The notes beneath the pieces were generated by a model. That model was not told the DNA's origin, made no database searches, and saw nothing but the letters and a program-made list of their open reading frames with translations. The position numbers and the translations under genes were made by a program. Shown here piece by piece: positions 11,207-20,684 of a stretch of DNA of 64,000 nucleotides. Every line of letters begins with the position of its first letter. The stretch's first letter is position 1. The stretch is from an uncultured candidate division Zixibacteria bacterium (GTDB lineage: Bacteria; Zixibacteria; MSB-5A5; GN15; FEB-12), in NCBI GenBank assembly GCA_963735035.1, contig CAVTJJ010000004.1:1248001-1312000 (forward strand), in the 5' to 3' direction.

Positions 11207-11533
11207 ATGAGCAAACCGGTTAACATCACTGACGTTACTTTTGAAGCGGAAGTCCTGCAGTCGGACTTGCCGGTGGTAGTTGATTTCTGGGCCACCTGGT
11301 GCGGTCCGTGCAAGATGATTGCCCCAATCCTCGAAGAAGTAGCCACCGAACTGGATGGCCGCGTGAAGATTACGAAGCTGGACGTGGACTCCAACAACAA
11401 GACCGCCGGCAAGTACAATATAATGTCGATCCCGTCGCTTCTGTTCTTCAAGAATGGCGAGGTCGTCGATCAGGTCGTCGGGGCACTTCCGAAAGCACAG
11501 CTACTGGCTCGTCTCCAGAAGGTCTTGAACTAA
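11207..11533 (+). CDS. trxA: Thioredoxin
   Basis: 'DFWATWCGPCKMIAP', 'SIPSL'; GGAGG at 11196-11200 favours ATG 11207. Confidence 0.97.
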   Translation: MSKPVNITDVTFEAEVLQSDLPVVVDFWATWCGPCKMIAPILEEVATELDGRVKITKLDVDSNNKTAGKYNIMSIPSLLFFKNGEVVDQVVGALPKAQLLARLQKVLN

Positions 11534-11545
11534 CCTCGATTCTGA

Positions 11546-11573
11546 TTGACCGGTCTCCGATGAGACCGGTTAA
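11546..11573 (+). terminator. Stem-loop after trxA (possible terminator)
   Basis: ACCGGTCTC-CGAT-GAGACCGGT hairpin; no clear U tract. Confidence 0.45.
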
Positions 11574-11748
11574 CGCCTATCAGGTGGTCACTTATGGATT
11601 GGCAGGGATTGCTCTATTTCGGGTTGGCCGCCATCGTCTGGTATCTATTGGTAACCAGAGTTCTGCCCAAATGCGGCGTCCCTACATGAGTCAATGCCCT
11701 TCAACGGCCCCCGGAGGGTGTCGATCAGAAATCTCCACGCGACAAGAC

Positions 11749-11775
11749 TAACTGCGGCTAGAATCCTGCCGATAA
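11749..11775 (+). promoter_or_regulatory. Sigma-28 (FliA/WhiG)-like promoter
   Basis: TAAC-N15-GCCGATAA versus consensus TAAA-N15-GCCGATAA, 10 nt before the rhomboid ATG. Confidence 0.55.
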
Positions 11776-11785
11776 ACATGATAAT

Positions 11786-12640
11786 ATGAGTCAGTATCGT
11801 TCCTACGATCAAAGTGAGCGGACCGGCGGCTTTCAGTTTGGCCCCGGCGCGATATCTCCATTTATCAAGTGGATGCTTATCACCAATGGCTGCGTCCAGG
11901 TGCTGCAGTTGTTGGTCGGCGGACGCCTCGAAATAATGTTCGGTTTGACCCCGGCAGCTTTCTTTGCCGAGTTCCCCCGCCTGATCTTTCAAGTGTTCAC
12001 TTACATGTTCCTGCACATGCCGTCGTTCCCCTTCCTCCATCTGCTCTTCAATATGTTCACGCTTTGGATGTTCGGGACCGAAATCGAACTGACCTGGGGT
12101 ACGAAGTCTTTCGCCAGATTCTACATCCTCTCCGGCATTGCGGGAGCGGTCTTAACACTCGCCTTTTTGTGGTCAAGCGAAGGACCGGTGATCGGCGCTT
12201 CGGGAGCGATCTATGGTGTACTAGCTGCCTATTGGCTGATGTTCCCTGACAGGAAGCTCTATTTCTTCCCGATCCCAATCGCCTTGAAAGTCAAGTGGGC
12301 CATTCCCGGCATGATGCTGATTGGACTGTTGTTCGGGGGCGGGGGAGTAGCGCATCTGGCCCACCTGGGTGGAGCGCTGTTTGGTGTCCTCTACCTCAAG
12401 GCCGATTGGCGCTGGCTCAAGGTGACGTCCTGGATTAAAAGCTTGCGATACAAGCGGAACCTCGCTAAGCTGGAACGCAACCGCCGTCACGCCGATGAAG
12501 TCATGAAGAGAGTCGATGCCATATTGGACAAGATCAACGCCGTGGGTATCGATAAACTTACATCGGAGGAACGTCGGTTTCTGGAGGAAGCCTCCAGCGA
12601 ATTGTCTAACAGGAACCATCATTCCAATCGGAATAATTAG
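11786..12640 (+). CDS. Rhomboid family intramembrane serine protease with C-terminal helical extension
   Basis: 'TYMFLH...HLLFNMFTLW', catalytic 'GASG', 'AHLAHLGG'; C-terminal 'VDAILDKINAVGIDKLTSEERRFL'. Confidence 0.93.
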   Translation: MSQYRSYDQSERTGGFQFGPGAISPFIKWMLITNGCVQVLQLLVGGRLEIMFGLTPAAFFAEFPRLIFQVFTYMFLHMPSFPFLHLLFNMFTLWMFGTEIELTWGTKSFARFYILSGIAGAVLTLAFLWSSEGPVIGASGAIYGVLAAYWLMFPDRKLYFFPIPIALKVKWAIPGMMLIGLLFGGGGVAHLAHLGGALFGVLYLKADWRWLKVTSWIKSLRYKRNLAKLERNRRHADEVMKRVDAILDKINAVGIDKLTSEERRFLEEASSELSNRNHHSNRNN

Positions 12641-12645
12641 CTGAT

Positions 12646-13818
12646 ATGCATCGAAGAGTCCTCATTGCCGAACAGGCCGACACGGTTCGCGCCGTGGCCG
12701 AAGCTGTCTTGAGGCAAAACGGGTTCGATGTGATCGCTGTAACCGCGGCCGAGAAGGCCCGCGAAGTGCTTGAATTATCCAGGCCGGACCTGCTGATAAT
12801 CGGAGCCGATCTGGCGTCGGTCGATGGCACACCCTATTACCAGCGTTTGCGGCAGGACCCCCGCACGGTCAAGATTCCCACGCTTCTCATTGAACCGGCC
12901 GATAAATCGCAAATCGCAGCCTCGGACCTGACCGTTATCCCGCGACCCTTCGATCCGCAAGACCTTCTTCAAAAAGTTACTATGGCTCTTTCGGTCGGAA
13001 GCAAGCCTGCCGCCCAGGTCGTCGCGCCGCTCGCCGGGGCTGAAATCGACGATGATTTTCTCGACGCCGCCTTGGGATTGGGCAATATCGATGTTACCTC
13101 GTCCGAAGTCATGGACCGGACCAGTCTGGGGTTGAAGAAACCGGTGTCGGGAGCAGGAGAAAAATTGATTGGTATGGAAACCAATCATAACCGGAAGCTC
13201 GACGAGACCGGAGCTACGAAGATCGAAGCCGTGATTCTCGAGGAAGACAAGAGCCGCGTCATCAGCCAGAACCCCGATCGAAAGTCGCCCGTTGAAGGCA
13301 CGGGGAAACTCGAAATACTGGACGATCAATATGGGATGGAGAAACCGCTCCCACCGCTCCAGCACGAAAAGACTGATCATGACTACGACTGGTTTGTCGA
13401 CGCCATTAAGAGCGACAACGCTCCGTCACCTCAGAACAAGACCACCCATCACGACAGCGGCAAACCTGCTACTTCGACCAGGTCGGTGACGGTCGATCCT
13501 CACGGAACACCTCCGCCCGAAGGGGTGGAGAAGTTTATCGATGAATTCAAGAAAGAGATGCGGCAACTGCGGGACGTCGAGACTGAGCCGGTCATACCTG
13601 AAGTCAAGACGATCAAGACCGCTGCTCTGGGCGACAAGCTCGAATGGGAAGAGAAGATCGAGCAGATCGGCCCCGCCGAGATGGAAATTTTCACCCGCGA
13701 GTTTGCCCAGGAACTGGGTCGGCGGGTGGCCGAAATCGTCGTCGCCAAGATTGATCCCGACAAACTGATGCGTCTTATCCGGGCTGATGTCGTTGAACGC
13801 TATCAGAAGAAAAAGTAA
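12646..13818 (+). CDS. Atypical response regulator (pseudo-receiver, long acidic/Pro linker, C-terminal helical domain)
   Basis: N-terminal receiver fold 'RVLIAEQ...RPDLLIIGAD...IPTLLI...RPFDPQDLL' lacking the phospho-Asp. Confidence 0.75.
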   Translation: MHRRVLIAEQADTVRAVAEAVLRQNGFDVIAVTAAEKAREVLELSRPDLLIIGADLASVDGTPYYQRLRQDPRTVKIPTLLIEPADKSQIAASDLTVIPRPFDPQDLLQKVTMALSVGSKPAAQVVAPLAGAEIDDDFLDAALGLGNIDVTSSEVMDRTSLGLKKPVSGAGEKLIGMETNHNRKLDETGATKIEAVILEEDKSRVISQNPDRKSPVEGTGKLEILDDQYGMEKPLPPLQHEKTDHDYDWFVDAIKSDNAPSPQNKTTHHDSGKPATSTRSVTVDPHGTPPPEGVEKFIDEFKKEMRQLRDVETEPVIPEVKTIKTAALGDKLEWEEKIEQIGPAEMEIFTREFAQELGRRVAEIVVAKIDPDKLMRLIRADVVERYQKKK

Positions 13819-13845
13819 TCTCTTGAACCCCGACGGTACCTGGGG

Positions 13846-13854
13846 TGCTATAAT
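13846..13854 (+). promoter_or_regulatory. Extended -10 sigma70 promoter of dsbD
   Basis: TGCTATAAT, a perfect TGn-TATAAT, about 40 nt before the start. Confidence 0.6.
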
Positions 13855-13893
13855 CTACCGACTGACAATTCGGTCCAAGGGAATAGGTAATTG

Positions 13894-15795
13894 ATGCGTC
13901 TTTCTGTTATAGCCTTCTGGCTTGCATTATTGTTCGTCGGAGTTCCGGCTCTGGCCAATGTGGAATCGTTCGATTTCGGTGACGAGAGCAGCGATCTCGT
14001 TACCGTTACGGTGGCGTCATCGGTCTCGGCGGCCGAAGCGGGGCAGACGATCAAGGCGGCGGTAATCGCCGACATGGCCCCCGGTTGGCATATCAATTCC
14101 GCCCGGCCTTTTGCGGATTATCTCATCCCGGCCGCGGTGGCTTTCGATACTACGGCGGCACTCACGCCGACAGATATTCTCTATCCCGAAGGTTCCAAGA
14201 CGAAGCTGGGCGAAGAGGTTATGTCGGTCTATTCGAACCGGGTGGTGATTCCCTTTTCGGTAAAGATTTCTTCGAGTGTAACTGCCGGTGAAAATACTCT
14301 TCCAGTTCGCTTTACCTATCAACCTTGTAACAACAAGGAATGTCGAGCTCCTCAGACCGTCGATTTGCTTTTGAAGATAGTAGTTGGTCCCGGCGGTACG
14401 CCGATCAACGAGGCAGTCTTTGGCTCGGCGAGCACGCCGATTTCAACTCCTGCTTCTGCTCCTGCTTCGACCGAAAGCGCGCCTCAGCAGTCTGGCCGGT
14501 CGGATCAATCAGATTTGGAGCGGATCATCAGCGAACACGGGGTATGGGGTTATTTCATCGTTCTGGGGTTGGCGTTCGTTACGGGACTCTTGCTGTCTTT
14601 TTCTCCCTGCACATATCCGATGATTCCGATTACAGTCAGCATCTTCGCTGGGCAAGAGCGAACGGTCGGCCGAGGTTTCTTCCTGTCACTTGTCTATGTC
14701 GGTACCATGGCGGTGATCTACGGACTGATGGGGTTGGTAGTAGCGCTGGTTGGGGGAGTGTTTGGCGCCTGGCTGGCCAGCCCACCGGTTGTAATTGGAA
14801 TCGCCGTAGTATTCGTGATATTCTCGCTCTCCATGTTCGGACTCTACGAACTGAACGTTCCAAGCGGGCTCCGACAGAAATTGGGTACGCGGAAGACCAG
14901 CGGCGGCGTGACAGGGTCAATCGTTCTTGGCGTCATTGCGGCACTGGTGGTTTCTCCATGTGTGGGCCCGTTTGTCGCAGGGATTCTACTCTATATTGCT
15001 ACCAACGGCTCACCGATCATCGGCTTCCTAACCCTGTTTGTCTTTGCGCTGGGGTTGGGAACGCTGTTTGTGATAATAGGAACTTTCTCTTCGGCAATTA
15101 GCAGGATGCCTCGCTCCGGCGAATGGATGGAGACGGTTAAGAAATTCTTTGGGTTTGTCCTTCTCCTGATGGCGATATTCTTCCTGCGCACTCTCGTTAG
15201 CCCGGCGATTATCGCCCTCTTGACTGCGCTCCTGCTGCTTGCTTTCGGGGTTTTCGGTGGAGGTTTGGACAGACTGACACCCGAGTCCGGATTCTTCCTG
15301 CGCCTTAAGAAATACCTCGGTGTGATCGCCCTTCTGATTGGCGCGTACCTGCTTCTGGGACTTCTCTTCAGTGAAGGTTTCATTCTGCCATCGATGGCGG
15401 GAAGTTTTTCGTCAAATGGAACACGAGTGGCTGAGACAGCCGGCATCACCGGTTGGGAGACCGATCTGGAAACCGGGTTGAGCCGCGCGAAAGCTGAAGG
15501 CAAGCCGGTTATTATCGATACCTGGGCCACCTGGTGTGCCAACTGCAGGGTGTTGGAGAAGGAAACGTTTCGCAACCCCGAGGTGGGTCGCGAGGCAGCC
15601 CGATTCATTCCCATCAAGGTCCAGTTGGAAACCGAGAACTCCCCTCAGACGAGGGCCTTCAAGGAACGCTTTGGTCTCAAGACTTATTCTCTTCCTACCA
15701 CTATCATTCAGAGCGCCGACGGAACGGTACGTCGCACCCTGCCCGGTGTTGTCAGCCCGGCTGATTTCATCGCCGAACTCAAGAAGATTCGCTAG
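13894..15795 (+). CDS. dsbD: Thiol:disulfide interchange protein DsbD
   Basis: Signal peptide; N-domain 'YQPCNNKEC'; TM domain 'SPCTYPMIP' and 'VSPCVGP'; thioredoxin domain 'WATWCANC'. Confidence 0.9.
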   Translation: MRLSVIAFWLALLFVGVPALANVESFDFGDESSDLVTVTVASSVSAAEAGQTIKAAVIADMAPGWHINSARPFADYLIPAAVAFDTTAALTPTDILYPEGSKTKLGEEVMSVYSNRVVIPFSVKISSSVTAGENTLPVRFTYQPCNNKECRAPQTVDLLLKIVVGPGGTPINEAVFGSASTPISTPASAPASTESAPQQSGRSDQSDLERIISEHGVWGYFIVLGLAFVTGLLLSFSPCTYPMIPITVSIFAGQERTVGRGFFLSLVYVGTMAVIYGLMGLVVALVGGVFGAWLASPPVVIGIAVVFVIFSLSMFGLYELNVPSGLRQKLGTRKTSGGVTGSIVLGVIAALVVSPCVGPFVAGILLYIATNGSPIIGFLTLFVFALGLGTLFVIIGTFSSAISRMPRSGEWMETVKKFFGFVLLLMAIFFLRTLVSPAIIALLTALLLLAFGVFGGGLDRLTPESGFFLRLKKYLGVIALLIGAYLLLGLLFSEGFILPSMAGSFSSNGTRVAETAGITGWETDLETGLSRAKAEGKPVIIDTWATWCANCRVLEKETFRNPEVGREAARFIPIKVQLETENSPQTRAFKERFGLKTYSLPTTIIQSADGTVRRTLPGVVSPADFIAELKKIR

Positions 15796-15914
15796 TATAC
15801 CGGGCCACTCTCTTTTCTGATTCAGCGAGTTATCGATAACCCCCTGTCCCGAATTTCTCGGGCGAGCGGCATCCTCTACAAATTAATTGGGGCTGGATTT
15901 CATTGGCGTACGGC

Positions 15915-15943
15915 TTGACGGCCATTTCGCGGCTCCCTATATT
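15915..15943 (+). promoter_or_regulatory. Sigma70 promoter
   Basis: TTGACG-N17-TATATT. Confidence 0.6.
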
Positions 15944-15985
15944 ATCCGTCAGAAAAGAGTAACAGGCCCGAACATTCGAGATACC

Positions 15986-16735
15986 ATGCCTTCGAAAAAG
16001 ACCAATAACGCCGTCGTTGCCATCTGTATTCAGGATCCGACCGAAGACGGTTCGATGATGGATATGGGTGCGATCCAGGGTGACGATCTGAGATTCCTGC
16101 ACCAGGCCTTCATCACTGATACCATCTTCAACGCGCTCACGGTGCCGGCCGCCGATACCCGCCTTTACTATATAGACGAACCCGAGCGGGCGCGTCTGAT
16201 CAAGATCGTCACCGACTATGTCGCAAAGAAAGCGGCTGGGAAGAAAAAGGACGGATCGATCGAGCGCTTCACGGCCCATCCGATGGTCCACGAGGGTTGG
16301 GGGGAGCGCATTCAGAAAGTTCTCACCGATTGCTTCGCGCAAGGTTATCAGCATGTGCTCCTGCTGGGCAGTCGCACGCCGACCTTCACCGGCAGCATGA
16401 TGAAAACCGCTCTTCGCATGTTGCAGCAATCGGACGCTGTTTTCGGGCCTACTCCCGATGGTCGCTATTACGCTATCGGCATGTCTGGCTCCAATCGCAT
16501 CGATCTTTCCAAGTTCGATTGGAAGTCACCGTCAATCTATTCTGAAGTCGCTTCCGCTTTTACTAAAGACCATCTGAGCTGGGCGGAACTGGAAATCTGG
16601 TACGCGGTCGAAAGTTCCGAAGAACTCGACCTGATGGCGCGCGATATCAATCAGTACCGATTCGAGGAAGACGACAACACCGCGCGCGAAACCGAGCTCG
16701 TTATGGAACGGCTCATTTCGAAACTGGACAATTAG
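15986..16735 (+). CDS. DUF2064 / TIGR04282-like GT-A fold transferase
   Basis: 'GWGERI...VLLLGSRTP...AVFGPTPDGRYYAIG...WYAVESSEELD' follows the DUF2064 pattern (GxDxP, GPxxDGGYYLIG, DVDxxxDL) with substitutions. Confidence 0.75.
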   Translation: MPSKKTNNAVVAICIQDPTEDGSMMDMGAIQGDDLRFLHQAFITDTIFNALTVPAADTRLYYIDEPERARLIKIVTDYVAKKAAGKKKDGSIERFTAHPMVHEGWGERIQKVLTDCFAQGYQHVLLLGSRTPTFTGSMMKTALRMLQQSDAVFGPTPDGRYYAIGMSGSNRIDLSKFDWKSPSIYSEVASAFTKDHLSWAELEIWYAVESSEELDLMARDINQYRFEEDDNTARETELVMERLISKLDN

Positions 16736-17470
16736 ATGGAACGCCGGCTTCAGAAGCTCAACTGGCTGCAGGTCAAGAGCCTGGTGCCCGGTACCATCGA
16801 CACCGTAATTCTGCCGGTTGGAACCGTGGAGGCACACGGAACCGCCTGCATCGGTACCGATAACATCATCCCCGAAACCATCGCCGACAGCATAGCCGAA
16901 CGATGCAACGCTCTGGTCGCACCGACCGTCAACTACGGCATCACGAAGTCACTCTATCGTTATGCGGGCGGGGTGACCATAACGCCGGACGTTTTTCGCA
17001 AATATGTCGGCGACGTGCTGACTTCTTTTGGAAGCAGCGGCTTTCACAATGTTATTATTATGAACGGACACGGCGGCAACAACGCCGCGCTGAAAGAGGC
17101 CGCATTCGAGTTCCACGCCGCCGAGAAGAAGAATATCGCAGTCGTGCACTGGTGGGAGCTGTGTGACAGCCTAGACCGCAAGTTCTGGGGCCATCCCGGT
17201 GGCCACGCTGGAACTAACGAATGTGCGGTAGTGCAGGCGATCGATCCGAAACAGCTCGACCGCGCGTCCTACTCGCCCGATATGGCCTGGTGGTTCCGGC
17301 CGGGTGCCGATGTATACCCGGTGCCGGGGACAATCCTCTTATATGAAGAAGGTACCGGCTATCCCGAATTCGACCTGGACAAAGCCCTGCGCTATCGCGA
17401 GGCGATGATCAAAGAAGTCGGTGATTTCGCGGAAGAAGTCCTGAAGCGCTGGCGCCAGTTCGGTCTCTGA
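16736..17470 (+). CDS. Creatininase/creatinine amidohydrolase family protein
   Basis: 'LPVGTVEAHG', 'GTDN', 'NGHGGN', 'HAGTNE'; start abuts the upstream stop. Confidence 0.92.
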   Translation: MERRLQKLNWLQVKSLVPGTIDTVILPVGTVEAHGTACIGTDNIIPETIADSIAERCNALVAPTVNYGITKSLYRYAGGVTITPDVFRKYVGDVLTSFGSSGFHNVIIMNGHGGNNAALKEAAFEFHAAEKKNIAVVHWWELCDSLDRKFWGHPGGHAGTNECAVVQAIDPKQLDRASYSPDMAWWFRPGADVYPVPGTILLYEEGTGYPEFDLDKALRYREAMIKEVGDFAEEVLKRWRQFGL

Positions 17471-17479
17471 CCATCCCGG

Positions 17480-18301
17480 TCAGAAGTGATCAATGTACAT
17501 CATGCGGACCTCACGGGTCACCGTCTTGGCTTCTCTCCGATTGACCAGTAGATCCTTAATGAGTACTTCCAGCTCAAGATTCTGGGCGAAGAGCCACTTG
17601 ATCGACGTATTCAAATAGCCGCGTCCCTTGCCTGAGATGTCGGGGCGCTCGCCACGATCATCATTGAGACCGGCGTCGTATTCGAGCAGTAACGCCATGT
17701 TGTAGTTGAAGGTGGCGTCGAAACCGGCGAACAAGTCGAAATCGTGATCGCCGTCGCCTTCATCTTCGCGCGAATAGTTGATTCCGCCGTGCCACCCCGA
17801 AGTCCACTTGTAGAAGTAGAAGTTGTGGCTGGCCACAGCATAGAACCCGCGCGACTTGAACGTATAGCGGTTGTACTTGGCATTAAAGACTCCGTAACCC
17901 TGATCGGTGTAGCCGATAGAGATCGCGGGGAAGTATTCCAGTTCGTCAATAATGCGGAACTTGAGACTGAACCCCATGTGCGGATTCCAATTTGGTTCGC
18001 GATCGGAAACTATCTGCGTGCCGCCGAACGAGATGCCCAACTGGAAGCGACTGGACAGCCCGATGTCGGTATTGCCCATCGCGCCGCCGTCGGAGTAAAG
18101 CCGAAGACCGATCTGATAGTTTCCGCGCGGCAGGGTACCGGCAGTGGGGAGATCGACCAGTTGGCGGGGCGCTATATCGTAAAGCGTGTGGCTAGTCGCT
18201 TCCATGTCAGTCCCGGCGTCGGTGCCGGTCTGAGCGTATCCCCGTCCACCCGTTGATATTAGAACCGCGACACAAGTTGCCAGAAATGTTGACTTGACCA
18301 T
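17480..18301 (-). CDS. Outer-membrane beta-barrel protein, YjbH-like
   Basis: Signal peptide, 'LVDLPTAGTLPRG', alternating amphipathic strands, terminal Phe. Confidence 0.65.
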   Translation of the reverse strand: MVKSTFLATCVAVLISTGGRGYAQTGTDAGTDMEATSHTLYDIAPRQLVDLPTAGTLPRGNYQIGLRLYSDGGAMGNTDIGLSSRFQLGISFGGTQIVSDREPNWNPHMGFSLKFRIIDELEYFPAISIGYTDQGYGVFNAKYNRYTFKSRGFYAVASHNFYFYKWTSGWHGGINYSREDEGDGDHDFDLFAGFDATFNYNMALLLEYDAGLNDDRGERPDISGKGRGYLNTSIKWLFAQNLELEVLIKDLLVNRREAKTVTREVRMMYIDHF

Positions 18302-18408
18302 GCTTATACCTTCTACTTCACGATTACACACGCCTATTCCACAGCATCGATCAAACCCTCCGAGGAAATACAAGTCAACTTAAAATCGGGCGCGAGGGTT
18401 TCGGCGTC

Positions 18409-19284
18409 TCACGTTTCGGCCGCTCCTGCCAGATCTATTTTCGTTGTCTTTGAGAGCCATGAGGCTAACACGCGAGTCGTATCACCTTCGGCAAAATTGT
18501 AGCGACGGCGCCCCACCGCAATTTGCGACACACCGAGGATTAACTTTAACGAGCTTGATATCATGACTTCGTCGGCCTTAAGCATCTTCTCGAGCGATTC
18601 GCTCATCTCGATTATCTTGATGCCCAATTTCGCTGCCCCCTTCAGCACGATTGCGCGAGTTACCCCTTCGAGACAACCGGCGTCGAGCGGCGGCGTGTAA
18701 ACTTTGCGGCCGTGACGCCAGAAGATATTGGCTGTGGTTACTTCGGCGATTTCATCATCTTGGTTGAGCATGAGGGCATCGTCGTATCCGGCGTCTTTCG
18801 CCTGCTTGAGCGAAGCAGCATGAATGGCATACGAAAGAGTCTTGATCCTTCGAAATTCCGAGTTCTGGTCGACCCGGAAGTCCGACACTCGAAGACGAAA
18901 CGGTGTGGTCGGCATTTCGTGCGGTGCAGCCGACAAGATCACCTGCGGTTTGCCTTGTACTCCAACCCATTTGGAGGCCTCGCCGGAAGTCATCGTCAGA
19001 CGAAGTTTTTTGATTCGGGCGGGATGAGCCCGCAGGGTCAGTTTCATCCAGCGCGCCAGAGTATCCCGGCTGACGGGCGGTTTCAATCCGATGACGCGGG
19101 CGCCCTTGTAGAGTCGGTTGAGATGTTCCTCGAGGAACAGCACTCGGTCTTCGCAGGCGAGAAAAGTCTCGAACAAACCTTCTGCGTACAGAAGGGAGTT
19201 GTCGAATACTGATATTTTGGCCGATTGTCGCGGGACGATGCGACCGTTGATTGAAGTAACCGTCTTGATTGTCTGTGATGTCAT
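18409..19284 (-). CDS. pabC: Class IV aminotransferase / 4-amino-4-deoxychorismate lyase-like
   Basis: 'LLYAEGLFET', 'HLNRL', PLP Lys 'IKTLSY', 'AEVTTANIF', 'LEGVTR'; overlaps the pabB stop. Confidence 0.75.
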   Translation of the reverse strand: MTSQTIKTVTSINGRIVPRQSAKISVFDNSLLYAEGLFETFLACEDRVLFLEEHLNRLYKGARVIGLKPPVSRDTLARWMKLTLRAHPARIKKLRLTMTSGEASKWVGVQGKPQVILSAAPHEMPTTPFRLRVSDFRVDQNSEFRRIKTLSYAIHAASLKQAKDAGYDDALMLNQDDEIAEVTTANIFWRHGRKVYTPPLDAGCLEGVTRAIVLKGAAKLGIKIIEMSESLEKMLKADEVMISSSLKLILGVSQIAVGRRRYNFAEGDTTRVLASWLSKTTKIDLAGAAET

Positions 19285-20615
19285 GAGTTGATTCCAAGCG
19301 AGCGAAACAGGTTGTGAGCCTTCAGGAGCATTTCTTCGTACTCGGCCGACGGGTCACTGTCCGCAACGATTCCGCCGCCGGCATGGATCAGGTAGCGGCC
19401 ATCCTGGTGCGTCATTGTCCGAATTGCTATGTTGAAATCAGCCGTGCCGCTTCCCACATAGCCTATGTACCCTGTGTAAACCGAACGGGGGACCGTCTCG
19501 AAATCCTGCAACAGTTGTACCGCACGCTTCTTGGGAACACCTGTGACCGAACCACCTGGAAGTAACGCGTTGACGACATCGGCCAGAGTACACTCGGGTA
19601 CCGTCCGCGCGGAAATGTCCGCCACCAGATGGATCAACGAGGAGTGGATTTCCGGTCGGCAAAGACTATCCACCTGTACGCTGCCAATCTCAGCAATCTT
19701 GCCGAGATCATTTCGAACGAGATCTACTATCATCAACAATTCGGCGCGATCTTTGGCGGAGTGCATGAGTATGTCAAGATTGCGGGCGGTCTCGTCGCGG
19801 TTGCGTCCAAGGGCGATTGTCCCCTTTATGGGTGAACTGATGATTCGTCCATCATGCCAACGGAACATTCTCTCCGGCGACGACGATAGCACCTGATATT
19901 CACCGAAATTCAAATACGCTCCGTACCACGAAGGGTTCAAGCTCCGCAGTCTCAGGTAGGTCGCGAACGGATCGAGAGGGGAGTGGCATTCGAAACGAGT
20001 GGTGAAATTCGCCTGGTAAATATCGCCTTCATGAATATGATGTTTGATCCGTGCCACTTTCGCCAGGTAGTCAGATCGTGATATTGCCGGATGCAACGTC
20101 GCAGAAATTTCGGGCGATACGGCTTTGTGTCTGCCAGATTCGGAGTCAGGGTGTGACCATGAAGAGACCAGTTCGGGATCTGAATAGCGGTCGAGTACGT
20201 GATCGTACTCAAGAACTTTGTCATAGATACAGAAATGAAGATCGGGCAAAGTTGCCGATCTCAAAGGCGTCACGCCCAGGTTGCGCAACGTGGCCTCATA
20301 GCTGATAAACCCTATCGCCCAGAGACGAGGGGAGAGCCTGATTGAATCGAGCTCGTGCAAAACTCCATCTAAATCTGATGATCGTTCTTCGCTTGCGTAA
20401 GTAATCTTCCCTCGCCCCAGATGTAATACTATTTCGCCGACCGGATTCCCCGCCATAAGCGAAATCTGACCGACATCTCCGCGCGAGAGGGAAGAATCAA
20501 GCCAGACCGATCCTTGCTGTGTCGAGATTGGGGCGAAACAATCCACGGGAAGGAGGGTCAGCCCGCGCGATGTCAGCAAAGGTGTGGTCATGTTGTCGGG
20601 GAAACTAAGACGCAT
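19281..20615 (-). CDS. pabB: Aminodeoxychorismate synthase component I (anthranilate synthase component I family)
   Basis: 'GDIYQAN', 'SSSPER', 'SPIKGT', 'KDRAELLMIVDLVRNDL', 'PGGSVTGVPK', 'NIAIRT'. Confidence 0.88.
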   Translation of the reverse strand: MRLSFPDNMTTPLLTSRGLTLLPVDCFAPISTQQGSVWLDSSLSRGDVGQISLMAGNPVGEIVLHLGRGKITYASEERSSDLDGVLHELDSIRLSPRLWAIGFISYEATLRNLGVTPLRSATLPDLHFCIYDKVLEYDHVLDRYSDPELVSSWSHPDSESGRHKAVSPEISATLHPAISRSDYLAKVARIKHHIHEGDIYQANFTTRFECHSPLDPFATYLRLRSLNPSWYGAYLNFGEYQVLSSSPERMFRWHDGRIISSPIKGTIALGRNRDETARNLDILMHSAKDRAELLMIVDLVRNDLGKIAEIGSVQVDSLCRPEIHSSLIHLVADISARTVPECTLADVVNALLPGGSVTGVPKKRAVQLLQDFETVPRSVYTGYIGYVGSGTADFNIAIRTMTHQDGRYLIHAGGGIVADSDPSAEYEEMLLKAHNLFRSLGINS

Positions 20616-20684
20616 GGGGCCAAAGTCAAGTCTGCATTCGCGGCTAAGATTGACAAACCGTGTCCGGTATGATTTCTTGCCCCG

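Noticed and set aside
20650..20678. TTGACA plus TATGAT promoter for the DUF401-like gene
   Set aside because: The spacer is only 12 nt; at 17 nt the -10 (TTTCTT) is poor.
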